A DNA stretch of 31,310 nucleotides, taken from IMG/VR virus record IMGVR_UViG_3300037424_000135, positions 1 through 31,310 of that record. One strand, 5' to 3'. The DNA comes from a virus. Its lineage: Duplodnaviria; Caudoviricetes. The position numbers and the translations under genes are program-made. Of this stretch, positions 9,854 to 18,695 are shown in pieces (within the stretch, counting starts at the first letter, position 1; each line of letters starts with the position of its first letter). The notes under the pieces are model-generated. The model made no database searches. It was not told where the DNA came from and saw nothing but the letters and a program-made list of their open reading frames with translations.

Positions 9854-10418
9854 AGTTCACTCCGCCAGACGCCGTGTCGCCTCCGCCGAACAGCCCCATC
9901 TTCTGCATCATCAGGAACTTCGTGGCGAAATCTCCGCCCTCACCGAGAAGGTCAAACAACTGTTGCGTTCCAGTAGACGAGCCGGCCTGTCCGCCCACGA
10001 GCATTTGTAACGCCTGCATCATGGCCTGCTGGTTCTGTTGCTCTGCTTGCATTTTCATGGACTGGTAGCCGAGCATATTCTGGGAGCCTACCGTAGCCGC
10101 CGCCCGACCGATAGGCGCGTAGACCGATGAGTACAGGTTCTTGGTCGCCTCACCGGAAGATGACAGCCCACGAGACGCGAGATCGGCGTTGAACGCTTCC
10201 CGTCCGACCGGCAACTGCGCCATGATGTCGGCGATCTGCGCGTTGGAGTTCGCCGACCATGCGGCTTCACTCGGTATCGTCATGTTCATCCGCTGGCCGC
10301 GTATGACCTGCATGAGCATATCTTGGATTGACTTCGGCAGACCACCGCCACCGCTACCGAACAGTCGGCCCGCTATACTACCTGCGGCACCCAGAGCCGC
10401 TACAATAGGAAATGCCAT
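9846..10418 (-). CDS. Putative DNA transfer/ejection protein (P22 gp7-like pilot)
   Basis: N-terminus MAFPIVAALGAAGSIAGRLFG, ASRGL..SG motif, Gln/Met-rich tail; first gene after the nozzle. Confidence 0.65.
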   Translation of the reverse strand: MAFPIVAALGAAGSIAGRLFGSGGGGLPKSIQDMLMQVIRGQRMNMTIPSEAAWSANSNAQIADIMAQLPVGREAFNADLASRGLSSSGEATKNLYSSVYAPIGRAAATVGSQNMLGYQSMKMQAEQQNQQAMMQALQMLVGGQAGSSTGTQQLFDLLGEGGDFATKFLMMQKMGLFGGGDTASGGVNYA

Positions 10419-10427
10419 CTCGCTACC

Positions 10428-12890
10428 TCACTTTTTCCCGTCGTCCCACACCATGTAGCCGATGTCGTAGCCCGTGATCCGGTAGTTGCCGACACCCTTG
10501 AAATCTTCTATCCGCAATGAGAAGTTCTCACATATCAGATTGACCGCCACCCGGTCCCGGTCTTGATCGGTGAACACCGGCTTGATATAGGCCGTGTCCA
10601 CCTGGTCGCCGTCGTTCTCGTAGAACAGGAGGCGGAGCGAATCCACCGTACCCGTCCCGAACAGGTCCACCCACAACACCTTCTCGCGCACCGGATCATC
10701 AAAGAAGAACTTGGATTGGTAACTCGCCTGTATCTTCGTGGTCCCATCCAGCGTGTCCGCGTCCGCATAGTTCCAGCGAAACACCGTGTCTGTCTCGGTG
10801 AGAATCAGCGACCGATCCGTCGAGTACGCCGTCCAGTCTTGCGCCGTGTCGTAGGCTATCGCGTCCCGCATGGCAAAGTTGTATGAGGTCCAGTGGGGCG
10901 AGGGGCGGAGCGAGTACACCAGCGTCCGGTTATTGACCGTATCGCCTATCGCCAGCGACCACCAGAGTTCATCCCCGACCGACCGGAGAACGCTTCGAGA
11001 GATATACTGTGACGCCGAATCGACTGTCTCTTGTATCGCCGCGCTCAGTGGTTGCGGCTTACCCAACTGGTACACGCCGTCGTTGCCGACAAAGTAGACG
11101 CCGAAGTTGTCCTTGCAGTAACCGCGCTCGGCCACGAGACCGACCCCGCTCATCAGTTGGCTCAAGCGATAGTCGCTAAACGTAAACCCGGAGATCGCCC
11201 ATACGCTGTTCTTCTTGAACACGACCAACTGATCGGCGGGAAGGGCACTGTCATAGTAGTCTACGTCCGCGATGGAAAGCAGGCCCGTAATGCCATCCCC
11301 ATCCTGTGAGGCGATTCGCACAAACTGATCCGGCGGGAACAGTGTCGGATAGTTCGTATTTGAATAGTACAAGTAGTCCGGCAACTCAGGATTGCCCGCC
11401 GCCCAGAGACGGTCGGCATGATGCTCAATGATAGAGGGCTGGAAAACGATAACTGAATCGTCGGGGCACCGCTGTTCTGGCGTCTTAATATAGAACCACT
11501 GTTCGCCGACACAATCTGGTATGCAAACGTCGTGGTTGGTCGTGTCTATATGTGTTGCATCCTCCCAACTCCCACCATCAACGATGCTATCATACCCAGA
11601 CTGAGTGAACGTATGAATACGATACCAACGCGGCGATATACTATCGCTACAATTATCGCCACCCGTAGTATCATAAAACTCACCCGCAAGGCGTCTCCAT
11701 AATTCAATCTCGCTGATGCCTGATTGGGGCAGTGGTGGAAAACTATCAATGGTTACCCGGCGCAGATAACTGTTAACTATCGCGCCTGTCATATTAAGCG
11801 AATCGGCCTCCATCGCAGTTGAATATGAGCGGCGGCCCAACGAGTCCACATATACCAACACATAAGCAACCCAACAGAACTTCGCGCTATCACCGGGAAG
11901 CCCGAACAGAATACTGGTAGATCCTCCCGTAACGATGTTGGTCCCGAATCCACCGGGAGGACGAATACGGGTATAGTGTCCCTGACTATACGAACCACCT
12001 TCCGTATTTCTCGTGTGCCAACCATACCGCGAACCAGCGTGAGCAAGACTAAGTGAGGCGGTTGGGGTGTTGTCAATATAGTAAGATATGGACGACGAGA
12101 TCGTGGCGACCTCGTAGTATAGCAAGTCCGGCAATTCTCGCCGGATAATTCCAATGGAATCTTGACTCGACAAAATCCCCGTATCCATAATTAGGGCGAC
12201 TTGGCCGTTATCAACGTAAACGGGGAACGACGGGGCAGAGAATACGCTGGTGTCGTCTGTCTCCGTATCAATATACGCATACTTATATACGAACCGCCCG
12301 CTCAATGCCCCCCCACCGGCGAGAGTTGTTGCCCGTGGCTGTCCGGCCGTTAAGGGACGGGCGGGAGCCGCTGAGGAGTCCGTCATATAAACAAGCTCAC
12401 TATTGGACTCGGCTATAAAGAGACGATGGTATATCTGGGTGCGATCTGTGGTTTGGGGGACGGTTAGGTTGCGCCACGGGCCATCAAATAACCGCGCCTT
12501 AACCAACTCGAAATCGTGTGTAGACGGGCCATACTTGACAAGTTGCTGCGTATTCTCGGAGATCGTGTCAGACTCGAACGCACCGTCGATCTGTCTGACG
12601 GCGAATAGGCTTTTATCCCGATAGTGTGACCATGGGAATATCGCCCCCACATACGGCGCACCCGTATCGGCCCACAGATAGCCGAGTCCCGGTCGTCGAT
12701 CCAGTACGCCGCCTACAACGTCATAGTTCGATAGACTCACCGCCCCGTTGTCCGGCACAAAAGCATTGGCGACACCGTTCACGATGCCGCCACTGAAATC
12801 GCGCACAGACTTGACCTGCACCTGCCCAAAAGCGGGTATTGCCAGTGCAAGAACGAAAAAGATCGTCAATCTGTTCAGGGCTTGAGCCAT
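10428..12890 (-). CDS. Tail nozzle/stabilization protein (P22 gp10 / T7 tubular-B-like) carrying an N-terminal signal peptide
   Basis: Typical nozzle N-terminal motifs DFSGG and N....G.L.RRPG, and beta-propeller motifs (RLWAAG, LYYS, ITGL, LVVFK, GVG, VYF..DGVY), preceded by MAQALNRLTIFFVLALAIPAFG|Q. Confidence 0.8.
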   Translation of the reverse strand: MAQALNRLTIFFVLALAIPAFGQVQVKSVRDFSGGIVNGVANAFVPDNGAVSLSNYDVVGGVLDRRPGLGYLWADTGAPYVGAIFPWSHYRDKSLFAVRQIDGAFESDTISENTQQLVKYGPSTHDFELVKARLFDGPWRNLTVPQTTDRTQIYHRLFIAESNSELVYMTDSSAAPARPLTAGQPRATTLAGGGALSGRFVYKYAYIDTETDDTSVFSAPSFPVYVDNGQVALIMDTGILSSQDSIGIIRRELPDLLYYEVATISSSISYYIDNTPTASLSLAHAGSRYGWHTRNTEGGSYSQGHYTRIRPPGGFGTNIVTGGSTSILFGLPGDSAKFCWVAYVLVYVDSLGRRSYSTAMEADSLNMTGAIVNSYLRRVTIDSFPPLPQSGISEIELWRRLAGEFYDTTGGDNCSDSISPRWYRIHTFTQSGYDSIVDGGSWEDATHIDTTNHDVCIPDCVGEQWFYIKTPEQRCPDDSVIVFQPSIIEHHADRLWAAGNPELPDYLYYSNTNYPTLFPPDQFVRIASQDGDGITGLLSIADVDYYDSALPADQLVVFKKNSVWAISGFTFSDYRLSQLMSGVGLVAERGYCKDNFGVYFVGNDGVYQLGKPQPLSAAIQETVDSASQYISRSVLRSVGDELWWSLAIGDTVNNRTLVYSLRPSPHWTSYNFAMRDAIAYDTAQDWTAYSTDRSLILTETDTVFRWNYADADTLDGTTKIQASYQSKFFFDDPVREKVLWVDLFGTGTVDSLRLLFYENDGDQVDTAYIKPVFTDQDRDRVAVNLICENFSLRIEDFKGVGNYRITGYDIGYMVWDDGKK

Positions 12891-13729
12891 ATCTTGATTC
12901 GCGGGTTAATAGTGAAGGTGGCCGTGCTGTCTCGATCTACCACCGCCGAATCCGCCAGGATGAAGTCGATGTACCAGTCCTGCAAAAACAGCGAATCGGT
13001 GTCCACGTATGGAATCGCCAAACTGTCAGGGATCGCCCATGCCTGAGAATCAATCAGCATCCGGCGACCGTCCATCATGCTGTATATCACCGTAGTCACG
13101 GTGTCCTCATCGCCGAAGTCCGTACCCGCCCCACTATATGTGGCCGCGACAAGATGGATCGACCCACAGATCGCGTCTATCCGCATAGCCGATCCCATGC
13201 TGATTGTCCCGGTGGCGCGGCGAGAGGTAGTCTGCGCGAGGGTGAGGTCGGGCGTGAACGTAGTGGTAGCTGTCTGTCCGGCTGCGACAATCGCACTATC
13301 CGCCCAGATGACATACAGGATGAGACTGTCGCCATTTGTAGCAAGAGAATCAGTCTCAAAATATGCCACGGTGATCGTGTCGGGAAGAATTGTGAGCGTC
13401 GAGTCTATAAGATGCCGAGTCGCTCCCTTCCGCCCATAGACTTTCGTGATGACAGTATCGACTGCACCAAACAGACCACCCTTTGTATATGACGATGACA
13501 GCAATGTAAGTGTCCCGCTGATGCCCTCGATGTTCGTCATAATCCCCACGTTGACCGTGAGCGTATCGCGCCGGTCGGTGGCCGCGATGCTCAAGGGGGA
13601 AGTCGTGACATACGATCCCGTACCGCTGATCGTCACCGTAGTCGCCTTGTCATATTTGTCTGAGGAGGCAGCCCATACGCTCGATCCGATCAGAGTGAGA
13701 ACTGCCAGTAGCACAAACCATTTCTTCAC
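12875..13729 (-). CDS. Signal-peptide-bearing beta-rich virion-module protein with a two-fold internal repeat
   Basis: GGAGG RBS; MKKWFVLLAVLTLIGSSVWA; Thr/Ser-rich; two alignable ~110-aa halves; lies between adaptor and nozzle. Confidence 0.75.
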   Translation of the reverse strand: MKKWFVLLAVLTLIGSSVWAASSDKYDKATTVTISGTGSYVTTSPLSIAATDRRDTLTVNVGIMTNIEGISGTLTLLSSSYTKGGLFGAVDTVITKVYGRKGATRHLIDSTLTILPDTITVAYFETDSLATNGDSLILYVIWADSAIVAAGQTATTTFTPDLTLAQTTSRRATGTISMGSAMRIDAICGSIHLVAATYSGAGTDFGDEDTVTTVIYSMMDGRRMLIDSQAWAIPDSLAIPYVDTDSLFLQDWYIDFILADSAVVDRDSTATFTINPRIKIWLKP

Positions 13730-14385
13730 TTCGACACCTCCGCCGATTTAGTTATCCCCAAATCCTGTCTCACCTGCATCTGTACCGCCTGAGCCTCTTG
13801 AAACCGCTTCAGGCTGCCGAGATAGTATGAAAACGCTTCCTCGATCACGAACACCTGCAACCGCTCCGCCAGCCGGCAGGTATCCGTCAACGTATCCAAG
13901 TCAGCCGGGTCCGCGACGTAGAACAGCCGCACCCGATTTGTTTCCTGATTCAGATTCTTGCAGTAGATTCTCGCGCTGTCCGTGTTCGTCCAGTCGGTAA
14001 AATACTGCGGCTTGGCACCCAACTTCGCTTCTTCGGGGATGCTGCCGAAATACTCGTTTGGCAGGACTGGCTCCCACAGGTAGCTGACCCAGACCATGAC
14101 ACCGGTTTCGCGTACAAAGTCGCTCGGCAGTAGTTCTCCTAAGCTGTCGGCGACGGTCCACGTTATGTTATATGACTTCTGGTAGCTGCCTGTGAGTCCA
14201 TTGATTTTGTCCTGCGCCTGATTCATCCAGTACCGCACGTCCGTATCCGTGAAGCTGGACTGCGCCGTATCCGTCTCGCCCACCCGACTGCGAAACATCG
14301 CAGTAAGATCAGAGAGGGTCACGGATGACGCTATCGAAGTGGAGGTGACCCACAACATCAAGAAGATGGCGATGCGTCGCATCAT
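13726..14385 (-). CDS. Head-tail adaptor/tail tubular-A-like protein with an N-terminal signal peptide
   Basis: After MMRRIAIFLMLWVTSTSIA comes the usual adaptor start (TLSDL...RSRVGE...TDTDVRYWMNQAQDKI), then LPSDF, KPQYF and RLFYVADP motifs. Confidence 0.75.
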   Translation of the reverse strand: MMRRIAIFLMLWVTSTSIASSVTLSDLTAMFRSRVGETDTAQSSFTDTDVRYWMNQAQDKINGLTGSYQKSYNITWTVADSLGELLPSDFVRETGVMVWVSYLWEPVLPNEYFGSIPEEAKLGAKPQYFTDWTNTDSARIYCKNLNQETNRVRLFYVADPADLDTLTDTCRLAERLQVFVIEEAFSYYLGSLKRFQEAQAVQMQVRQDLGITKSAEVSK

Positions 14386-15059
14386 GAACCCCCTCTGAAC
14401 CTTGAGTGCATCCGTCTGTTCAACCGCTGCACGTACCGCGTCGGCATGAGCGCCATGTGCGATGCGCGGGTAGATGGAGATTCGCGGATGCCTGATTTCA
14501 TGCGTTCGTAGATCACCAACGACTGAGCCGCATCAGGATTGAACTGCTCGAACATCGACCGCACACCTTCCTTGATCGCACGAGTGTTGATAATCAGGTC
14601 GGTGTCGGTCGTCTGCGGTTTCCGGTAGTAGAAGAACTTGTAGGTCCCTACCGCCGTCGGCAACGCATTGAGGATGAGGTAGTCGCCGGGTCCAGTCGCT
14701 CCATCCATGCGGGTCTCGATCATGCCGTACCAGTTGCCCGTGTATTCCGTGTCCGCCATGCGGCGGTAATACTCGGACTGGCTGATGACCTCAACCTCGC
14801 GGACGAACGCTCCGTCCGTATCTACCTCGATGATCGGGCCTTTAATTGTCGCAAAGTCGCCGGGGATTTTGTACGCCATAGACGACGTACTCAGTGTAAT
14901 TGGATACACCTTGCTCAATCGCTCAAATCGGCAATCGTTTTGCGACAATATGTCAATCGTGATCTCGCCGACAGCCCGCTCGACTCTCGAACGTAGCTCA
15001 GGCGAGTTCTGACCAAACTCGGTCATCAGTTCAGTGGTGATCTGCGCGGGTGACGCCAT
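14382..15059 (-). CDS. Head-tail adaptor-like protein, no signal peptide
   Basis: Helical N-terminus, YKIPGDF, LILNALP and FFYYRKP motifs paralleling the neighbouring adaptor; basic C-terminal tail. Confidence 0.65.
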   Translation of the reverse strand: MASPAQITTELMTEFGQNSPELRSRVERAVGEITIDILSQNDCRFERLSKVYPITLSTSSMAYKIPGDFATIKGPIIEVDTDGAFVREVEVISQSEYYRRMADTEYTGNWYGMIETRMDGATGPGDYLILNALPTAVGTYKFFYYRKPQTTDTDLIINTRAIKEGVRSMFEQFNPDAAQSLVIYERMKSGIRESPSTRASHMALMPTRYVQRLNRRMHSRFRGGS

Positions 15060-15060
15060 A

Positions 15061-15570
15061 TTATTTTATGACGCGAAGCGGCTTTACGTCAGTCTCAGCT
15101 TTCAGTTCCTTGAGATTCAACTCATCGAACGACGGGTGGCTGCCGCTCTCGAACTTCGCGGTCTCGATGACCTTGACCTCGATGACGCCCTGTTGACGCC
15201 AGAACCCCGTCGGGTCTTCCGGGTCGGGGCGCACCATACCGCGCTCGTACACGTCGTCCGCCATCAGCAGTTGCAACAACCGCTTGTTATAAACCAACTT
15301 CTTGCAACCCTGAAATACGAGGGTGCATCCGGTCCCTTCGGTCTTCTCCCACACACCCGTCGCTTCGTTCTTCTTCCCCTCAGAGGGGATCAGTTTCACG
15401 CGCAACGAAATGAGCGGGTCAGAGGTAAAGACCGCCGGGACAGCCAGGTCCTTCTCCGTCAAATCGTAGGTCTTCGGGGGTTTCGAGTCCGGGTCAACCC
15501 ACTTCTTCGGGATACTTTCCCTGACAACTACTGAAGCCATATCCTGCCTTTTGGTGAAGGGGCCGGTCAT
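15061..15570 (-). CDS. Hypothetical protein in the head module
   Basis: GAGGGGG RBS, abuts neighbours; no motif recognised. Confidence 0.65.
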   Translation of the reverse strand: MTGPFTKRQDMASVVVRESIPKKWVDPDSKPPKTYDLTEKDLAVPAVFTSDPLISLRVKLIPSEGKKNEATGVWEKTEGTGCTLVFQGCKKLVYNKRLLQLLMADDVYERGMVRPDPEDPTGFWRQQGVIEVKVIETAKFESGSHPSFDELNLKELKAETDVKPLRVIK

Positions 15571-15592
15571 GCCCGACCCCCTCTGCTATTGG

Positions 15593-16420
15593 TTAGAAAG
15601 ACGAATACATCTTGTTGGCTCTGATCGCCGGCCCAAACGCATAGGACCGGGTGAAGACTTCGAGGCACGGCGAACTCGTACCCACGGCCGTCAGAGCGCC
15701 AGAGGCGTCTGCGATCTTGAATACGATGCGCTTGCCCTTCACGCTGAACAGCGGCTCATCGCTCACCGTCGAGGGGAAGGTTGTGTCAGTCGCCGTGACC
15801 AGCGCGAAGTGCCCGATCTGCGTCTTCGTCCCGGCGATGTCGTCGCACTCGTAGACGTAGACACCATCGGTCGCGCCCGCAAAGGTCGCCAGAGCCCGGA
15901 ACCTCATCACCTCGTGCAACACCTGAGCGTCGCAGTTGTGAGGCAGAAGCGACGGGCCGTTCCAAGTCACACCACAGTAGTGCGTCTCGGCGGTTGGCAA
16001 GTTCGTATCGACCACAAAGGAAGCCGTCAATCCGGCATCCGTCTTGGCCTGAGCAGCCGTCTTGCCGCCGACCGTGAACACACCGTTGTTGGTCGAGATG
16101 TTCATGTCGAAATCGCCGGGGAAGTCAATCGGCCAAGCCTCCCAGTTCGGCGACGCATTGATCGCATCGAGCACCTTTTTCAAGGTGTCGTAGGTCGTGA
16201 GATCGAGGATGCCGGTCGAAGCGAAGACGGTCGTGTCGGCCGCTTCGGATGACAGGACACCATGCTCGAACGTCAGGTTGCCAGTGGTCGCGGCCACCGT
16301 GACCAGACCACTCGCCGAAGTCCCGATGTAGCGGACACCCAGAAGAATCGGAGTATCCACGCCTTCGCGTCTGTAAATCTGCCGCTTCCAGTCCTGCGGC
16401 TGTATGGAATTGCAAATCAT
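15593..16420 (-). CDS. Putative capsid decoration/minor head protein
   Basis: Start reassigned to ATG 16420 behind TAAGGAGG; Thr/Ala/Gly beta-rich; immediately follows the major capsid gene. Confidence 0.55.
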   Translation of the reverse strand: MICNSIQPQDWKRQIYRREGVDTPILLGVRYIGTSASGLVTVAATTGNLTFEHGVLSSEAADTTVFASTGILDLTTYDTLKKVLDAINASPNWEAWPIDFPGDFDMNISTNNGVFTVGGKTAAQAKTDAGLTASFVVDTNLPTAETHYCGVTWNGPSLLPHNCDAQVLHEVMRFRALATFAGATDGVYVYECDDIAGTKTQIGHFALVTATDTTFPSTVSDEPLFSVKGKRIVFKIADASGALTAVGTSSPCLEVFTRSYAFGPAIRANKMYSSF

Positions 16421-16431
16421 CTCATGCCTCC

Positions 16432-17619
16432 TTAAGCCGTGAACCGCAAGCCGGTGATTCGAGCGAAGTCTTCCTCGGGGCCATAACCCCAACCGTACTC
16501 ACCGTAGATTTCGCCCTCTTTGGAGTGAATCTCATCGCGTGAGACCGGACGGTACTTCACGTCGAGATTCTTGTATCCATTCAGAGGCCGATATACGATG
16601 TGCTTGTTCGGAACCAGGAAAACCTGCCCAGCGAGATACGGGTCCTGATCGAGGAGATCGACTAGGCTCAACTCGAACCGACCGTATGGCGTCAGCACCG
16701 CCTCGACCGACATGCCGTCCACTACGGACGACTGGTCAATCGTGAGATGCTGCATCGCCCACATGGTAGCCATCGCGTAGAACGGACTGGAACACCACAC
16801 CGAGCCGCCGAAACGCCGTCCCGACCACTCAGCGAAGATGTCCCACAGGTCCATGCGACTGATCGAACCCACGCTGTACACGTTGGTCGCAATCAGATTT
16901 GCCAAGCCCTCAGAAGTCGTCAGGGGATGGGTGTACGTTGAGCTATCCACCTTGTAGCCGGACAGCAACAGTTCGCCTTCCATCTGATCCTTAGACTGCT
17001 TGATGGCTTTCTTGAGGGCGCGTTTGAACGGATTGCCGGCACGGGCAATCTCGGCGTCCTCAGTATCAGTGACCTGAACCGGCCACGATACAATCGACGT
17101 GTACCGGGTCTTCACAACCATTGCGTTGGCAAGACCGGAACCCATCGTGAAACCCTGCTCGAAGGACGGGGCGATGATGAGACCCTTATCGCCCGGCCTC
17201 AACAGGGAAGTGGAAGCATTGCCGCGACCAAAGTTACGGCTTACACCGGCAGTAGTGTCGGTGCTCATCGCGGCATCGAGCCGGATGACTTCCTCGATAC
17301 GAGGCCAGTAGATACGACTGCCGGTCGTGACGCGAGCGCCATGACCAGAGGCAAGCACAACGCCGGTAGCGGCCTGAGTAGACTCAACCGCACCAGCGTA
17401 CTCGACCCAGTTGGCGAACGGCGCATCATGCAGATCATAGAAGACGTGGTTGGGAGTGTCCTCGGTAGTACCGCTCCGCAACGCCGACCGCAACGCCTGA
17501 TTGGTGTTGGGGTCGTACATCCAAATCTGCCTGCCGATAGCTATTTCCTTTTCCGAGGAAATAGTATCTGCCGTATCCTTATAGCCCCGGACGTAAGTAA
17601 CGTCCTTGGGAGTTGACAT
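16432..17619 (-). CDS. Major capsid protein (HK97 fold, SU10/DUF5309-like)
   Basis: 395 aa after the scaffold; motifs QVTDT, K.QME..LL.G, TTSEGL, TPYG.F, GEIYGEYG; insertion containing V.RNFG; GGAGG RBS. Confidence 0.8.
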   Translation of the reverse strand: MSTPKDVTYVRGYKDTADTISSEKEIAIGRQIWMYDPNTNQALRSALRSGTTEDTPNHVFYDLHDAPFANWVEYAGAVESTQAATGVVLASGHGARVTTGSRIYWPRIEEVIRLDAAMSTDTTAGVSRNFGRGNASTSLLRPGDKGLIIAPSFEQGFTMGSGLANAMVVKTRYTSIVSWPVQVTDTEDAEIARAGNPFKRALKKAIKQSKDQMEGELLLSGYKVDSSTYTHPLTTSEGLANLIATNVYSVGSISRMDLWDIFAEWSGRRFGGSVWCSSPFYAMATMWAMQHLTIDQSSVVDGMSVEAVLTPYGRFELSLVDLLDQDPYLAGQVFLVPNKHIVYRPLNGYKNLDVKYRPVSRDEIHSKEGEIYGEYGWGYGPEEDFARITGLRFTA

Positions 17620-17657
17620 TTAGAAAAACCTCCGTCGTCTTGTTTGGGGGCGCATCG

Positions 17658-18440
17658 TCACTGAAGGTCCTTCAGGATGCCTTCGAGTGTCTGTGCGCCT
17701 TCTTGCGCGGACGCCTTGTGAGCACCGCGACTTCCAGGTATGCCGCCCCGGTTTTTCGTTTGCAGACTGTCGATGTACTCCTCGACCGCTTCCTTCTTAG
17801 CCGCCTCTATAGCCTTGTCCAGATTGAGGCCCCGTGTGGCAAGGTGGGTCAACTCGGACGGCTTGATCTTGCCGACCGACACCGCAAGACTCAGAGCGTC
17901 CCGCTCATCCCCAAGGTCATCCCAATCCTTGTACTGGTTGGCGAGCGCCTGTTCGTCGAGGACGGACAGCCGTTCGATCACCGCGTCAAGTCTTGGGTCG
18001 TTCCCCTGGAGAGATTCAACCGCCTTTGCCTGTTTCTCCGGGTTCCCACTGGCGAAGATCGCCGCGAGGTCCGGCTTTTGGTCGCCGTCGAATTGCACTT
18101 TCAGTCCAGTCTGTTTTGCGATGCTGGCGATCAGGTCTTTGGGCTTCGTCTTGATCCGTTCGTTGAAGTCCTTGAGCGTCTTGATGTGCTCGCTTTGCTT
18201 GCCGAGCTTCGAGGTGACATCCTTGTACTTCGTTTCAAGATCAGCGAAAGCCTTTTCTCTGGCCGCCAACTTTTCTTCGGGACTGAGCTTCGGTTCCGGT
18301 TTCTGGCTCTCCTGACTCTTTCCCCCATCAGCCGCCCCGCCTGCATCGGCGTCGGGCTTCTGGTCGAGATTGGTTGCGCCGTCAGACTCGGCTCCGGGTA
18401 CGCCCCCACCGCCTTCGCCTGCGAAATGATACAGAACCAT
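17658..18440 (-). CDS. Capsid scaffolding protein
   Basis: LYHFAGEGGGG start, acidic disordered N-terminus, coiled coil; between portal and capsid. Confidence 0.75.
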   Translation of the reverse strand: MVLYHFAGEGGGGVPGAESDGATNLDQKPDADAGGAADGGKSQESQKPEPKLSPEEKLAAREKAFADLETKYKDVTSKLGKQSEHIKTLKDFNERIKTKPKDLIASIAKQTGLKVQFDGDQKPDLAAIFASGNPEKQAKAVESLQGNDPRLDAVIERLSVLDEQALANQYKDWDDLGDERDALSLAVSVGKIKPSELTHLATRGLNLDKAIEAAKKEAVEEYIDSLQTKNRGGIPGSRGAHKASAQEGAQTLEGILKDLQ

Positions 18441-18449
18441 TTTCTTCTC

Positions 18450-18695
18450 CTACTTCTTGTTTGGGTGATTCTGAGCGTTGGTCACGTATCTCCGCAACCG
18501 ACCCCAGAAATCTTCAAAGTTCTGAATGAGCGCGTGCTGCGCGTCTCGTTCATCTTTAGCTAACTTCCAATACTGCTCCCTCTCCGCCGCTATCACCTCA
18601 TCCGCATAGCTGCTCAGTTGCTTCCACGCATGACTATGCTCCAACTGCTCAAAGAGTACGTGCGACGGGATCGGCTTCTGTGCGGGTTCGGTCAT
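18450..18695 (-). CDS. Small helical post-portal protein
   Basis: 81 aa, L..S.AWK pattern, usual position between portal and scaffold in podophages. Confidence 0.6.
   Translation of the reverse strand: MTEPAQKPIPSHVLFEQLEHSHAWKQLSSYADEVIAAEREQYWKLAKDERDAQHALIQNFEDFWGRLRRYVTNAQNHPNKK

Noticed and set aside
9846-10418. Hydrophobic N-terminus of the 190-aa protein as a further signal peptide
   Set aside because: No basic n-region; Gly/Ala-rich starts like this are normal for pilot/ejection proteins.
11450-12500. Possible lower-GC swapped module inside the nozzle gene
   Set aside because: Spot checks by eye were too variable to support it without a computed GC or codon profile.
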